Shown one piece after another: positions 20,439 through 31,508 of a stretch of 64,000 bases of DNA. The DNA is from Candidatus Ryanbacteria bacterium CG10_big_fil_rev_8_21_14_0_10_43_42. GTDB lineage: Bacteria > Patescibacteriota > Minisyncoccia > Ryanbacterales > 2-02-FULL-48-12. Where the stretch lies: the NCBI GenBank assembly GCA_002793915.1, contig PFEF01000005.1, positions 7,571-71,570 on the forward strand, read 5' to 3'. The notes beneath the pieces are model-generated. The model made no database searches and was not told where the DNA came from. It saw nothing but the letters and a program-made list of their open reading frames with translations. Position 1 is the stretch's first letter. Every line of letters starts with the position of its first letter. A program made the translations under genes and the position numbers.

Positions 20439-20894
20439 ATGTCGAAAAAGCAAATAGAAGAACATCTCATGCAGGCCATGAAAGAAGGGAACGACGAAAA
20501 GCGTTCCATCTTACGTATGGTTCTTTCCACGATCCGTAATGCGGAAATTGAAAAGGGTAAAAAGGATGAAGGTCTTTCTCCCGATGAAATGATTCAGCTT
20601 TTGCGTACTGAAGTAAAGAAGCGAAAAGAAGCGGCGGCTGAGTTTTTAAAGGGAAACCGTTCCGATCTTGCCGAAAAAGAAGAACGTGAAGCCGCTATGC
20701 TTACGGTATATTTGCCCCCGGAGCTTACCGATGATGAGCTTATCGCTATTATACGGAAAGCCATTACGGAAACGGATGCTACGTCGGAAAAGGATTTTGG
20801 GGTGGTTATGAAAACAACCATGACGCTTGCAAAAGGGCGTGTGGGGGGAGATCGGGTATCTATTGCGGTAAGAGAAGAGCTTAAGAAATTGTAA
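20439..20894 (+). CDS. GatB/YqeY domain protein
   Basis: AMKEG..LRM..EVKKRKEAA..F..GNR.DLAEKE..E..YLP. Confidence 0.93.
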   Translation: MSKKQIEEHLMQAMKEGNDEKRSILRMVLSTIRNAEIEKGKKDEGLSPDEMIQLLRTEVKKRKEAAAEFLKGNRSDLAEKEEREAAMLTVYLPPELTDDELIAIIRKAITETDATSEKDFGVVMKTTMTLAKGRVGGDRVSIAVREELKKL

Positions 20895-20906
20895 GCTAGA
20901 ACATTT

Positions 20907-21329
20907 GTGGTGTCTCGAAAAAAAATCAGCACATTAGCTATTACAAATACTACGTCATACCGCATCCCGCGCAAACTTTTGCAGGATGCCTTTTCTCTTG
21001 CGGCTAAAAAGCATATCATGGAGGTAAGTCTTGTATTTTTATCGAATGCAAAGATGCGTACTCTAAATGCAACGTATCGGGGGAAGGATTATTCTCCGAA
21101 TGTTCTTGCTTTTCCGCTTGATGAACATGGCGGAGAAATTTGTATAAATCCCATGGTGGCGAAACGGGAAGCTAAAGAATGTGGATGCACGTTACGTATG
21201 CGTTTTGTGCAATTATTTGTCCATGGTCTTTTGCATCTACAAGGGAAAGATCATCAAAATACAAAAGACGCCGAGGAAATGGAACGGGAAGAAGACAGTA
21301 TCGTGCGGAGTGTAATACCTACTGTATGA
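20907..21329 (+). CDS. ybeY: rRNA maturation endoribonuclease YbeY
   Basis: LNATYRGKD..NVLAF, HGLLHLQGKDH. Confidence 0.93.
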   Translation: MVSRKKISTLAITNTTSYRIPRKLLQDAFSLAAKKHIMEVSLVFLSNAKMRTLNATYRGKDYSPNVLAFPLDEHGGEICINPMVAKREAKECGCTLRMRFVQLFVHGLLHLQGKDHQNTKDAEEMEREEDSIVRSVIPTV

Positions 21330-21395
21330 GAAGTTTCCGGAAATGGAGTTTCTTAAAAAGCCCCTGTTCTATTACATAAATCTTAACCAAAAAGG

Positions 21396-22625
21396 ATGGG
21401 AAGAAATAATATAACGGTAGGGCTTGATGTGGGCTCATCCACTATTCGTATTGCGGCTATGGCACCGGACACAAACGAAGGTGCTTCTTTGTTGGGATAC
21501 GGCGTTTCTCGCGCGCTTGGTGTGCGCCGGGGAATTGTTATTGATGTAGCGGATGCAACAAAAAGCATTTCTGAAGCGCGTACGGAAGCGGAGCGTATTA
21601 TTGGCATGCCTATTACGCATGCGTATGTTTCGTTTGGCGGACCGGGGCTTATGGTATATTCCGCCCGCGGAACGGTTGCGGTTTCCCGTGCCGACGGAGA
21701 AATTAGTGAACATGATATTGACCGTGTTCAACAGGCAGCTCACGCCGAGTTGCCACAGCTTTCGAATAGGGAGATTTTACACGAAGTCGTTTTAACATAT
21801 GCCGTAGATAGGGAGGTTGATATTAAAAATCCGGTGGGCATGATTGGTAATCGCTTGGAAGCGCAAATGCTTTTTATAACGGCATTTACACCGCATCTAA
21901 AGAATTTATTACGCAGTGTAGAGGCCGCCGGTATTACGGTGGATGATGTTGTGGCGGCTCCTCTGGCATCCTCTCGTGCGATATTATCCAAGCACCAGAG
22001 AGAAATTGGCGTTTTGCATATGGATATAGGGGGCGCTACGGCATCACTGGCGGTGTTTGAAGAGGGATCGCTCCTTTCGGCAAGTATTTTCCCCTTGGGA
22101 TGCGATCATATCACTAATGATATCGCTATAGGGTTTCAAATTCCGCTTGATGCCGCGGAGCATATGAAGATCATGCATGGTACGCTTCTTTCCGAGGCGG
22201 AATCGAAAAAAGACGTAGTACGCCTGGCAGATTTCATGCCGGAATCGGAAGCATTTGTTTCGCGGAAAGATCTTGCCGATATTATGGCCGCTCGTGCCGC
22301 TGATATTTTTGAAATGACGGAAAAGCATTTGAAGAAAATTGGACGCTCCGGCTTACTGCCTTCGGGCGTAGTGCTTACGGGAGGGGGAGCGAGTATGCAT
22401 GGCGTTGTTGATTTCGCTCGCAGAGAACTTAAGCTTCCGGCGGAGATCGGTATGATTCAGGCGGTTGCCGCACCGGAGCATATTCTTATTGATCCGGCTT
22501 GGACGGTGGCGATAGGACTTTGTTTATGGGCCGGAGAAAGTAATACGGGGCGTTCATTTGGTGCGTTTTCAATGCCAAAGGTGGGAGCATATATTATGCG
22601 CGTTATTCGTCCGCTTATTCCGTAA
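21396..22625 (+). CDS. ftsA: Cell division protein FtsA
   Basis: GLDVGSS, DIGG, HITNDIA, VLTGGG; directly upstream of ftsZ. Confidence 0.96.
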   Translation: MGRNNITVGLDVGSSTIRIAAMAPDTNEGASLLGYGVSRALGVRRGIVIDVADATKSISEARTEAERIIGMPITHAYVSFGGPGLMVYSARGTVAVSRADGEISEHDIDRVQQAAHAELPQLSNREILHEVVLTYAVDREVDIKNPVGMIGNRLEAQMLFITAFTPHLKNLLRSVEAAGITVDDVVAAPLASSRAILSKHQREIGVLHMDIGGATASLAVFEEGSLLSASIFPLGCDHITNDIAIGFQIPLDAAEHMKIMHGTLLSEAESKKDVVRLADFMPESEAFVSRKDLADIMAARAADIFEMTEKHLKKIGRSGLLPSGVVLTGGGASMHGVVDFARRELKLPAEIGMIQAVAAPEHILIDPAWTVAIGLCLWAGESNTGRSFGAFSMPKVGAYIMRVIRPLIP

Positions 22626-22780
22626 ACGTATTTTATCCCCACTCTATCCACAAGAAATACCCATATGTGTTCTTTAGAGCACATATCTTTTGTTATTAGC
22701 GCAAGATTGACGGCGCTTCATGAGGGCATTAGGATAGACATACACAGGTACGCCGAATTATAGTAATTTTTCATTGTATT

Positions 22781-23956
22781 ATGCCAAGTATTAAACCAGA
22801 CGTAGAAGCATTTGCCCGTATTAAACTTGTCGGTGTGGGGGGAGCCGGAGGAAATGCGGTAAATCATATGATTCGTCTCAAAGTACAGGGGACGGATTTT
22901 ATTGCCATCAATACCGATGCGCAGGATCTTCATCATAATCTTGCTCCCAAAAAAATTCACATAGGAAAAAATCTTACAAAAGGATTAGGTGCCGGCATGA
23001 ATCCCGAGCTGGGACGACAAGCGGCCGAAGAAACAATTGAAGAAATTAAGGATGCTCTTAAGGGAGCGGATATGGTTGTTGTTGTTGCGGGTTTGGGTGG
23101 CGGCACCGGCACCGGAGCGGCTCCGGTTGTCGCCGAAGCGGCGCGTCAGCAAGGAGCACTTACTATTTCGGTGGCAACAAAACCGTTTTCATTTGAGGGC
23201 GCACAACGCATGCGTATTGCTGATGGCGGTATGGAAAAACTTAAAGATGCCGTGGATGCCATGGTTATGATTCCAAATGATCGTTTACTCGCCGTGATTG
23301 AAAAAGGAACATCGTTCAAAGAGGCGTTTATCGTATGTGACGAAGTGGTGCGTCAAGCTGTTCAGGGAATTTCCGATCTCATTACTATGCCGGGTATCGT
23401 AAATGTGGACTTTGCAGATGTAAAAGCGGTTATGCAGGACGCCGGATCGGCGCTTATGGGTATCGGAAAAGGAACGGGAGAAACGCGTTCTACGGATGCG
23501 GCAAAGCAGGCAATTAATTCGCCCCTTCTCGATATCGCCATTGATGGTGCGCGCGGCGTTCTCTTTGCTATTCATGGTGGAGCAGATATGTCCATGTGGG
23601 AAATTCAAGAAGCCGCCCGCGTTATTACGGAATCTATTGATAAAGATGCAAAAGTTATATTCGGCGCCGTGGAAGATACGCGTCTTAAGAAGGGTGAGAT
23701 GCGAGTTACCGTTATTGCTTCGGGATTTCCGGCCGATGCACGCATTGGCATGGGGCAACCTTCGGGAGTTCCAATAGCATCGGTGGCGGACACGTCTTCC
23801 ACGGAACGAAAACGTTCACCTTCGGGAGAAACGGTGATTAGTGTTACAAAATCAAATCCGGCACGTACCCAACCGGCAAAAAATGAAAACGAAGAAGACG
23901 AGGAGAAGGAAGATAATGAGTGGGATGTTCCGGCATTCTTTCGCCGCCGAAGGTGA
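22781..23956 (+). CDS. ftsZ: Cell division protein FtsZ
   Basis: [24 protein letters not shown]-terminal DVPAFFRR. Confidence 0.99.
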   Translation: MPSIKPDVEAFARIKLVGVGGAGGNAVNHMIRLKVQGTDFIAINTDAQDLHHNLAPKKIHIGKNLTKGLGAGMNPELGRQAAEETIEEIKDALKGADMVVVVAGLGGGTGTGAAPVVAEAARQQGALTISVATKPFSFEGAQRMRIADGGMEKLKDAVDAMVMIPNDRLLAVIEKGTSFKEAFIVCDEVVRQAVQGISDLITMPGIVNVDFADVKAVMQDAGSALMGIGKGTGETRSTDAAKQAINSPLLDIAIDGARGVLFAIHGGADMSMWEIQEAARVITESIDKDAKVIFGAVEDTRLKKGEMRVTVIASGFPADARIGMGQPSGVPIASVADTSSTERKRSPSGETVISVTKSNPARTQPAKNENEEDEEKEDNEWDVPAFFRRRR

Positions 23957-24019
23957 GGTTGGCAAAGAGTTATATATAGATTTTGAATTCTCGTGATATC
24001 ATGAGTAATCGCAAAAAGA

Positions 24020-24047
24020 AAAACACTCGTGGAAACACGAGTGTTTT
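24020..24047. terminator. Bidirectional intrinsic terminator
   Basis: AAAACACTCGTG-GAAA-CACGAGTGTTTT. Confidence 0.8.
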
Positions 24048-24066
24048 GATAGGAGCGCGCGTCATT

Positions 24067-24177
24067 TTAGTTAGATGGCGGCAAGTTTAACAGCAGTAAC
24101 AGGGCTAAAATAATAAAAAATACACCAAAAACATAAAGGAGACACAGTCCCACTTTGGTTGTTGTGCTTATCCGCAT
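24067..24177 (-). CDS. Small (36 aa) single-TM protein, not in ORF track
   Basis: GGAGG SD + MRISTTTKVGLCLLYVFGVFFIILALLLLLNLPPSN; terminator follows. Confidence 0.5.
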   Translation of the reverse strand: MRISTTTKVGLCLLYVFGVFFIILALLLLLNLPPSN

Positions 24178-24227
24178 TAAGAACCTCCTATGACTCTTTA
24201 TATATTAAAATACATTGTCGAGCAATC

Positions 24228-24253
24228 AAAAAACCCGCCGGTAAGGCGGGCTT
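24228..24253 (-). terminator. rnpB terminator
   Basis: CCCGCC-TTACC-GGCGGGTTTTTT on the minus strand. Confidence 0.75.
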
Positions 24254-24258
24254 AATGA

Positions 24259-24700
24259 CGTGCGTATATCTATAAGCCGGGTTCTGTACCAATTTTATAC
24301 AGAATATAAAATTGGCGATGATCATCTATCTAGTCGTACAATTACTTGTACGATCAAGCTCCTTCCTTACATTAAGTAATGCAAGGCACAGGATTGCACC
24401 GGATAAGTGTTTTTCACCCGATATTGTTGCCAATGCCGGCTGTGAGCTCTTACCTCACCTCTTTTCACCCTTACCCGGCACATATTTGATATGCGAATAC
24501 ATACCAAATATGTGCCGGGCGGTATAGTTTCTGTGACACTATCTCGTTCCGCATAATGCGGAAGGCGGCCGTTAGCCGCTATCACTCCTTCGACATTGCG
24601 TCAAAGCGGTGCCCGGACTTTCCTCCCGACATATATCTATTTCTAATAGATATGTATCTAAGAAATAGATATACACCCGGCGATCATCCGATATACAACG
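24259..24700 (-). ncRNA. rnpB: RNase P RNA
   Basis: Minus strand: GATGATCGCC, GAGGAAAGTCCGGGCA, GTGTCACAGAAA, GGTAAGAGC, ACAGAACCCGGCTTA; P1 GTATATC/GATATAC. Confidence 0.95.
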
Positions 24701-24820
24701 CATATTATACAACCTTAATAAATATAAGTCAATAATGCTCTTACTTGCTTGGATGAGCGGTATGCATCTATAATGAAGTGTACGTTGTGTGATATCAGGA
24801 TAAGTTAATTAATAGGAATT

Positions 24821-27301
24821 ATGGAACCACCATTAACAAAAACATCTTTTCGGAGTGAAAATGTTTCCGGGGAATGGGAAGAAGAAGCAGGATCAATAGC
24901 GATACATGGAAATACTGTTTTCGAAGAAGATGAACAGCTAAAAACATCTTCATCCGACGAATCAGAGGAGGATTCTGTATGGACGCGCATTACTCGCTGG
25001 GTAGTGTATCTAATAGCGTTGTTAGCGCCGCTTTGGTTTTTGCCGACGACGGTAACACCGCTTGAAACCAATAAGCTTTTCCTTGTTTCCTTTCTTGTTA
25101 TTATCGGATTCATCGCATGGTTGGGTCGTGCCATTTATGCGGGAAACGTTCGCATACCCCGCAGTCGTTTGCTCCTTGCTTTGCTTGTGTGGCTAGGTAT
25201 ATATCTCCTTGCTTCTGTTTTTTCTGGAAGTCCGGATACAAGTTTTTGGGATCCGACGGCACGTTCATTTTTCAGCCTTTTGATATTTTCACTAATAACA
25301 TTTCTCACCGCTGTTAGTTTGGAAGCAAAAGATATCCGCCGAGTATACGGCTTTCTTCTTATAGCTGGTACGATAGTTGCGGTATTTACTCTTTTTCGTA
25401 CGGTGTTTAACCTTAATTTTCTCCCCTGGACATTTGCGGGCGGGCGTACATTTAATCTTATCGGATCATGGAATGCGCTCGGTATCTTTTTCGGATTTTT
25501 ACTGGTGACGGTGGCGCCTCTCTTGGAAGGCAGTCTTCCGCGCATTACAAAAGCATTTTTGGGTATACTTGCGGCGGGATCATTATTGTTAGCGGCTCTA
25601 GTTAATTTTTCTTATGTATGGATTGGTATCGGCTTTATATCCATTATGTTTCTTGCGTATTATTTGTCTCGTTCCGTCAGTAGAAAAGCAATCGGTATGC
25701 CGCTTATTCTTCTTCTTATATCCGTTTTATTTTTTCTTTCCCGCAATCAGATTGGCGCGTTTGTAACGGCTCTTAACGCACCTCTTGATGTAACGCCGTC
25801 ATTTTCCACCACGTTGCATCTTACGGGAGAGGTGTTAAAAAAATCACCCGTTTTCGGACTGGGACCAAATACATTTGGTCAGGCATGGGATTTATATAAA
25901 GATCCAAACATTAACAATACTGTTTTCTGGAGTCTTCGTTTTGAAACGGGGTCAGCTTCTGCGACAACTCTTCTTGCCATGACAGGCGTACTGGGCGGTA
26001 TCGGATTTCTTGTGTTTATAGGACTGATTATATGGTATGGCCTTATGTTGTTGGGAAGGTTTCCTGATGAGGAAGGACCAATTAAGAAATCCATTGTGAT
26101 AGGAACTTTTTTGGGAACCGCCTTCCTGCTGTATGCATGGTTTGTGTATCCGCTTAATAGCGCGCTTTCCATACTTACATTCTTGTCTATCGGACTTTTG
26201 ATTGCCGAGGGGCGCATTATCGGCTTGGTTAAAGAGCGGAAATTTTCCATTGTAGCTGATTCTTCCAAAGGGTTTATCGCCGCTCTTCTCATAATTTTCT
26301 TTATGGTGTTTGGTGTTGTCGGTGTTTATATTACCGGACAAAAATATGTAGCATCGGTGTTTTATGGTCAGGGTATTTCGCGTCTTAATGAAGATGGAGC
26401 TGTTAATGCCGCAGAAGATTCATTTCGGCGCGCTGTTACGTTTGATGCAAATCGTGATGAATATTTGCGCGCGCTTGCTCAAACATCATTTATAAAATTA
26501 CAACGCAGTGTGCAAAATGCCGAAAATCTTCCCGCCGAAGATGTTCAGAATACATTTCAGCTTGCCCTCTCCAATGCTATATCGAGCGCTCTTGCCGCTA
26601 CACATGCAAATGGCGGGGATTCGGTGAATTGGCGGCTTCTCGGACAAATCTATGAAGTTGTCATTCCGTTCGTAGACGGAGCATCGGAAGCATCCATTAA
26701 TGCATATAAGGAGGCTATTGACCGTGCGCCATTAAATCCATCGCTCCGTGATGATGTTGCCCGCGTATATCTGATTATGGGGGATCAGGTTCAGGCACGG
26801 GAATCATTGCAAAAAGCCATTGAGCTTAAAGGGGACTACGCAACGGCTCATTTCCGGCTTGCACAGATTGCGTCCATTAAAGGAAATACGGAAGACGCAA
26901 TTCAGAATACCGAACGAGCAGCTCTTTCGGCTCCGAATGATATCGGTATTCTGTTTCAATTGGGGCTCCTGTATTATCAGGAAGACCGTTTTTCCGATGC
27001 CCGGCAGATTTTGGAACGCGCAGTACGTTTAAGTACTAACTTTTCCAATGCACGTTATTTCCTTGGTCTCACGTATGCCGCATTAGGAGAGGATGTCAGT
27101 GCTATAGAGCAGTTTACGCGTATCGCGGAGCTTAATCCGGATAATAGGGAAGTTAAACAGATTTTAGCGAATTTGGAAGCAGGACGAAATCCTCTTTCGG
27201 GTATTTCGCCTCCCGGACCTGCTCCTCTTGAGCGGGAACAGCCTCCGGTGGAAGAAGAAATTACGGAAGAGCCGTCGGATGAAGTCATAAACGAAGAATA
27301 G
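24821..27301 (+). CDS. Multi-TM O-antigen-ligase-like protein with C-terminal TPRs
   Basis: About 12 TM helices, PVFGLGPNTF motif, TPR-like repeats in the C-terminal third. Confidence 0.8.
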   Translation: MEPPLTKTSFRSENVSGEWEEEAGSIAIHGNTVFEEDEQLKTSSSDESEEDSVWTRITRWVVYLIALLAPLWFLPTTVTPLETNKLFLVSFLVIIGFIAWLGRAIYAGNVRIPRSRLLLALLVWLGIYLLASVFSGSPDTSFWDPTARSFFSLLIFSLITFLTAVSLEAKDIRRVYGFLLIAGTIVAVFTLFRTVFNLNFLPWTFAGGRTFNLIGSWNALGIFFGFLLVTVAPLLEGSLPRITKAFLGILAAGSLLLAALVNFSYVWIGIGFISIMFLAYYLSRSVSRKAIGMPLILLLISVLFFLSRNQIGAFVTALNAPLDVTPSFSTTLHLTGEVLKKSPVFGLGPNTFGQAWDLYKDPNINNTVFWSLRFETGSASATTLLAMTGVLGGIGFLVFIGLIIWYGLMLLGRFPDEEGPIKKSIVIGTFLGTAFLLYAWFVYPLNSALSILTFLSIGLLIAEGRIIGLVKERKFSIVADSSKGFIAALLIIFFMVFGVVGVYITGQKYVASVFYGQGISRLNEDGAVNAAEDSFRRAVTFDANRDEYLRALAQTSFIKLQRSVQNAENLPAEDVQNTFQLALSNAISSALAATHANGGDSVNWRLLGQIYEVVIPFVDGASEASINAYKEAIDRAPLNPSLRDDVARVYLIMGDQVQARESLQKAIELKGDYATAHFRLAQIASIKGNTEDAIQNTERAALSAPNDIGILFQLGLLYYQEDRFSDARQILERAVRLSTNFSNARYFLGLTYAALGEDVSAIEQFTRIAELNPDNREVKQILANLEAGRNPLSGISPPGPAPLEREQPPVEEEITEEPSDEVINEE

Positions 27302-27374
27302 CAATATAATGAAAATAAAGCGGTTACGATTAAGTCCGGTAAAGACGGTGTCGTTGTGACCGTTTTTATGTAAC

Positions 27375-29051
27375 ATGAGACGAGTTCTGGAGTTGTTCCA
27401 TAGAGAATTAAAAGGAGTACATCAAGCTGCCGTGCTTCTTGCGGGAGCAACAATCGTAAGTAGTCTTTTAGGGCTTTTGCGTGATCGTTTTTTGGCGTCC
27501 ACCTTTGGTGCCGGTGCCGAGCTTGATATTTATTATGCGGCATTTCGCATTCCTGATTTTCTCTACACGGTTTCCATTTTATTTATAGCGTCTACGGCAA
27601 TTATTCCCGTATTTCTTGATGTTCTTGTAAAAAACGAAGAACGTGCCAGGGAAATTATTCATGCGCTTTTGACAATTTTTCTGTTATTTATGGGGGTGGT
27701 ACTAGGGATCGTATATCTGGCGCTTCCGAATATATTGCCCTTTCTTGTTCCGGGATTTGGCGGCGAAGACAGTGCGCGTGCCGTTGAGGTATCGCGTATT
27801 TTACTTCTTTCTCCTCTATTTCTTGGTCTTTCGCATCTTCTCTCAAGCGTTACGCAGACATTTAAGAGGTTTTTTATATATGCCTTAAGTCCGCTCTTTT
27901 ATAACATGGGTATTATAGGGGGAATTATATTTCTAGTGCCTCGTTTTGGCTTGTCGGGACTTGCAGTGGGTGTTGTTGTGGGGGCGTTTTTACATATGGC
28001 TATTCAACTACCAAGCATTATACGGCTGGGATTTCCTCTCGGCTTTACATTTGTATTTCCGCGGGAAATAAAAGATATTCTTATGATTTCTTTTCCGCGT
28101 ACTATCGGTCTTGTTGCTATGCAACTCACGTTTATAGCCATTACCGCCATAGCATCCACTATTGGTGTGGGGTCTATTGCAGTATTTAATCTCTCTTATA
28201 ACTTGCAGTCCATTCCGCTTTCCGTTATCGGTCTTTCTTACAGTATTGCGGCATTTCCCACCATGGCGGAGCTTGTCATAAAAAAAGACCGAAAAGTATT
28301 TTTCGACCATTTGGGCATGGCGGCGCGGCATATTATGTTCTGGACCATGCCGCTTTCCATTTTATTTTTGGTGTTGCGTGCGCACATTGTCCGCATTATC
28401 CTGGGCGCCGGAGCATTTGGGTGGGTGGATACGCGCCTTACGGCAGCAAGTCTCGCATTATTTTCTTTTGGTATTGTGGCACAGAGTTTAGTTGCGTTAT
28501 TTGTACGATCATTTTATGCGCTAGGGCGTACAACAGCTCCGGTGGTTCTTAATGTATTTTCTATGGGACTCACCGTTGTTTTTGCATTCGTCTTTGTTTC
28601 CCTTTTGAATACAGGATCAATGTTTGCCGATATATTTTCACGTATCCTTCGCGTAGAAGGTGTTCCTAATATTTCCATGCTGGGACTTCCTTTTGCGTTT
28701 GCATTAGGGAGTATTATAAATGCTGTGTTGTTGGGAATAGGTCTTTCGCGTATTGATTCATTGTTTCGAAATTGCCGTATTCTTGTTTCTTTGGGGGAAA
28801 TTATGGTTTCAAGCGCATTATTGGGAATTACATCCTATATAGTTCTTCATGTTTCGGCAAATTGGTTTAATCAGGAAACATTTCTGGGTATATTCCTGCA
28901 AGGAATATGTGCCGGTCTTGCGGGAATAGGTATGTTTCTATTATTTCTTAGAATAAGAAATAATAAAGAATTCAAAGAAGTATACGTGGCCCTCACACGA
29001 AAGTTTTGGAAAGAAAACGATGCTTTTGCGCCGGAGCAAGACAGGATCTAA
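27375..29051 (+). CDS. murJ: Lipid II flippase MurJ/MviN
   Basis: LLGLLRDRFLA..FGAG.ELDIYYAAFRIPD, SPLFYN, AAFP. Confidence 0.93.
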   Translation: MRRVLELFHRELKGVHQAAVLLAGATIVSSLLGLLRDRFLASTFGAGAELDIYYAAFRIPDFLYTVSILFIASTAIIPVFLDVLVKNEERAREIIHALLTIFLLFMGVVLGIVYLALPNILPFLVPGFGGEDSARAVEVSRILLLSPLFLGLSHLLSSVTQTFKRFFIYALSPLFYNMGIIGGIIFLVPRFGLSGLAVGVVVGAFLHMAIQLPSIIRLGFPLGFTFVFPREIKDILMISFPRTIGLVAMQLTFIAITAIASTIGVGSIAVFNLSYNLQSIPLSVIGLSYSIAAFPTMAELVIKKDRKVFFDHLGMAARHIMFWTMPLSILFLVLRAHIVRIILGAGAFGWVDTRLTAASLALFSFGIVAQSLVALFVRSFYALGRTTAPVVLNVFSMGLTVVFAFVFVSLLNTGSMFADIFSRILRVEGVPNISMLGLPFAFALGSIINAVLLGIGLSRIDSLFRNCRILVSLGEIMVSSALLGITSYIVLHVSANWFNQETFLGIFLQGICAGLAGIGMFLLFLRIRNNKEFKEVYVALTRKFWKENDAFAPEQDRI

Positions 29052-29130
29052 TATAAAATATATGTTATAGAGGAACTTATGCACAGGAATATGGAAACAA
29101 GCAAGGAGTATATGGTATAATATAGGTCAT

Positions 29131-29277
29131 ATGGGAAACATGTATACTAATCAAAAAAGCACAACATCTCGCTCTGAAGAACGGCCGCATAAATATGGTC
29201 CTTCCGTTATCCATCTCATCGCTATCGGCGGCATTCTTCTTATAATGATAGCGACCATTTTTGCAATGCAGTCATAG
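29131..29277 (+). CDS. Small (48 aa) C-terminal TM protein, not in ORF track
   Basis: TGGTATAAA upstream; MGNMYTNQK...VIHLIAIGGILLIMIATIFAMQS; hairpin terminator near 29297-29332. Confidence 0.4.
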   Translation: MGNMYTNQKSTTSRSEERPHKYGPSVIHLIAIGGILLIMIATIFAMQS

Positions 29278-29425
29278 GGTGTGTTGCAAGGAGGAAATAA
29301 AAAAACCACGCTTATAGGTGTGTTTTTTTTATGGAATAATCGTATGGTAATATTCTTTTTTTAGAATCTTTTTCTGTAAGCATAATTTTGACAAAAGGCT
29401 TGCCGCGTAGCACAATGGATACGCT

Positions 29426-31255
29426 ATGAATACATCACCAGACCGCATACGTAATTTTGTAATTGTTGCTCATATTGATCACGGAAAGTCCACGTTGGCT
29501 GATCGTTTCTTGGAGGTGACCGCCACCGTTGAAGACAGGAAGATGAAACCTCAACTTTTAGATCAGATGGATCTGGAGCGTGAGCGGGGCATTACTATTA
29601 AAATGCAGCCGGTTCGCATGCTCTATACCCTCCATGAAGTTCCGTATACTCTTAATTTAATAGATACACCCGGACATATAGATTTTTCGTATGAAGTATC
29701 GCGCGCGCTTGCCGCAGTGGAAGGTGCCATTTTGTTGGTGGATGCAACGCAGGGTGTGCAGGCGCAAACGCTTACCAATCTTTATATTGCTATGGATCAG
29801 AATCTTACGATCATTCCCGTTTTGAACAAAATAGATATGAAGGAGGCGAACATAAAAGAATCGGAAGATGAGCTTATACAGCTTTTAGGGGTTGAGCGGG
29901 AAGATATTATGAAAGTTTCGGGAAAAACCGGAGAGGGTGTAAAAGATCTGCTGGAAGAGGTTATAAAAAAAGTTCCACCGCCTGCGGTTTCCGGAAATAC
30001 TTCCCTGACACGCGCCCTTATATTCGACTCGGCATACGAAAGTCATAAGGGAATTATTGCATTTGTGCGTGTTATGGAGGGGTGTATTGCGCGCGGAGAT
30101 AAGGCTCATTTTCTCGCAACGGATGCTTCGGCGGACGTAAAAGAAGTAGGAATTCTTCTTCCGGAACACACATCCTCCCATTCCTTGGAAGAGGGTGAGA
30201 TCGGGTATATTGTAACAGGAATTAAAAATCCGTCCGATGTGCGTATCGGAGACACTGTCTCGGTACAGCATACGAAGCAGATAATGAAGGTAGAACAGCT
30301 TCCCGGCTATCGGGAATCGCGTCCGATGATTTGGGCAAGTTTTTACCCCGAATCTCAAGATGACTTTGATATGCTGGAAGAGGCACTGGGTCGTTTGCAG
30401 TTAAATGATGCCGCGCTTACATTTGAAACGGAATCATCTTCCAGTATGGGACGCAGTTTTAAATGCGGATTTCTCGGTATGCTTCATTTAGAGATAGTAA
30501 CGGAACGCTTAAAAAGGGAATTTAATGTTCCCGTTATAACAACAAGTCCATCGGTGGCATATGAAGTAACGCGAAATGACGGCAGTACGGAAATTATTTC
30601 TTCTCCGGTAAAGTTTCCACCCAAGGATCAAATTATGCATGTACGTGAACCATGGTTCTCCGTGGATATTATTGTTCCGGAAGCATATCTTGGTAATATT
30701 TTAAAACTTATTGATGCTCACGAAGGATCAGTCCTTTCCACCAAGCCGTTCGGACAGGGAGAGAATAGCGGGGATTCAGGACGGCTTATAGTGGCATCGG
30801 AAATACCGCTTCGGGAAATTGTTTCGGATTTTTTTGATACGCTAAAAAGCGTAAGTTCTGGATATGCCTCCATGCATTACGAAGATGCCGGCATGCGTCC
30901 GGCGGATGTGGAGCGCATGGATATTCATGTAGCGGGTGACAGTGTTCCGGCGCTCTCGCGTATTCTTTCCCGAAAAAAAGCTCCATATGCGGCCCGTGAA
31001 GCCGTGAAGTCATTAAAAGAAATACTGCCCCGCCAGTTGTTTCAGGTAAAAGTCCAAGCTCTTCTGGAGGGACGCATTATAGCATCGGAAACAATATCCG
31101 CCCTCAAAAAAGACGTTACCGGCTATCTTTACGGAGGGGATAGGACACGCAAAATGAAGCTTTGGAAAAAACAGAAGGAGGGAAAGAAGAAATTAAAGGA
31201 GATGGGACGAGTTACCATTCCTCCGGAAGTTTATCTTAAAATGATGAAAAAATAA
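29426..31255 (+). CDS. lepA: Elongation factor 4 (LepA)
   Basis: AHIDHGKSTLADR, DTPGH, GFLGMLH, KKDVT..LYGGDRTRK. Confidence 0.98.
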   Translation: MNTSPDRIRNFVIVAHIDHGKSTLADRFLEVTATVEDRKMKPQLLDQMDLERERGITIKMQPVRMLYTLHEVPYTLNLIDTPGHIDFSYEVSRALAAVEGAILLVDATQGVQAQTLTNLYIAMDQNLTIIPVLNKIDMKEANIKESEDELIQLLGVEREDIMKVSGKTGEGVKDLLEEVIKKVPPPAVSGNTSLTRALIFDSAYESHKGIIAFVRVMEGCIARGDKAHFLATDASADVKEVGILLPEHTSSHSLEEGEIGYIVTGIKNPSDVRIGDTVSVQHTKQIMKVEQLPGYRESRPMIWASFYPESQDDFDMLEEALGRLQLNDAALTFETESSSSMGRSFKCGFLGMLHLEIVTERLKREFNVPVITTSPSVAYEVTRNDGSTEIISSPVKFPPKDQIMHVREPWFSVDIIVPEAYLGNILKLIDAHEGSVLSTKPFGQGENSGDSGRLIVASEIPLREIVSDFFDTLKSVSSGYASMHYEDAGMRPADVERMDIHVAGDSVPALSRILSRKKAPYAAREAVKSLKEILPRQLFQVKVQALLEGRIIASETISALKKDVTGYLYGGDRTRKMKLWKKQKEGKKKLKEMGRVTIPPEVYLKMMKK

Positions 31256-31358
31256 CCACTATCCGAAATATTCGGAAGCGAGATTTCCGCCGTCCACTCG
31301 AAGCCGGAGAATATCGAGAGGTTTTTCCTTTTATGGTATCCTGGTATTAGCCAAGTTA

Positions 31359-31469
31359 TCAGAAAAAAAGAGAAGGACCGAAAGAGAAAATAATCATGCT
31401 AAGAGCAATGAGGATACTAAAGATAACCCACATGCTCTTAAGAACTTGTTTTGATTTTCGTGACCGCAT
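31359..31469 (-). CDS. Small (36 aa) single-TM protein, not in ORF track
   Basis: MRSRKSKQVLKSMWVIFSILIALSMIIFSFGPSLFF. Confidence 0.45.
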   Translation of the reverse strand: MRSRKSKQVLKSMWVIFSILIALSMIIFSFGPSLFF

Positions 31470-31508
31470 ATATACAAGTATAAAGAATTAGAAAACAATA
31501 AGGAAGTC

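Noticed and set aside
24312-24585. Short ORFs on both strands
   Set aside because: They lie within the RNase P RNA gene
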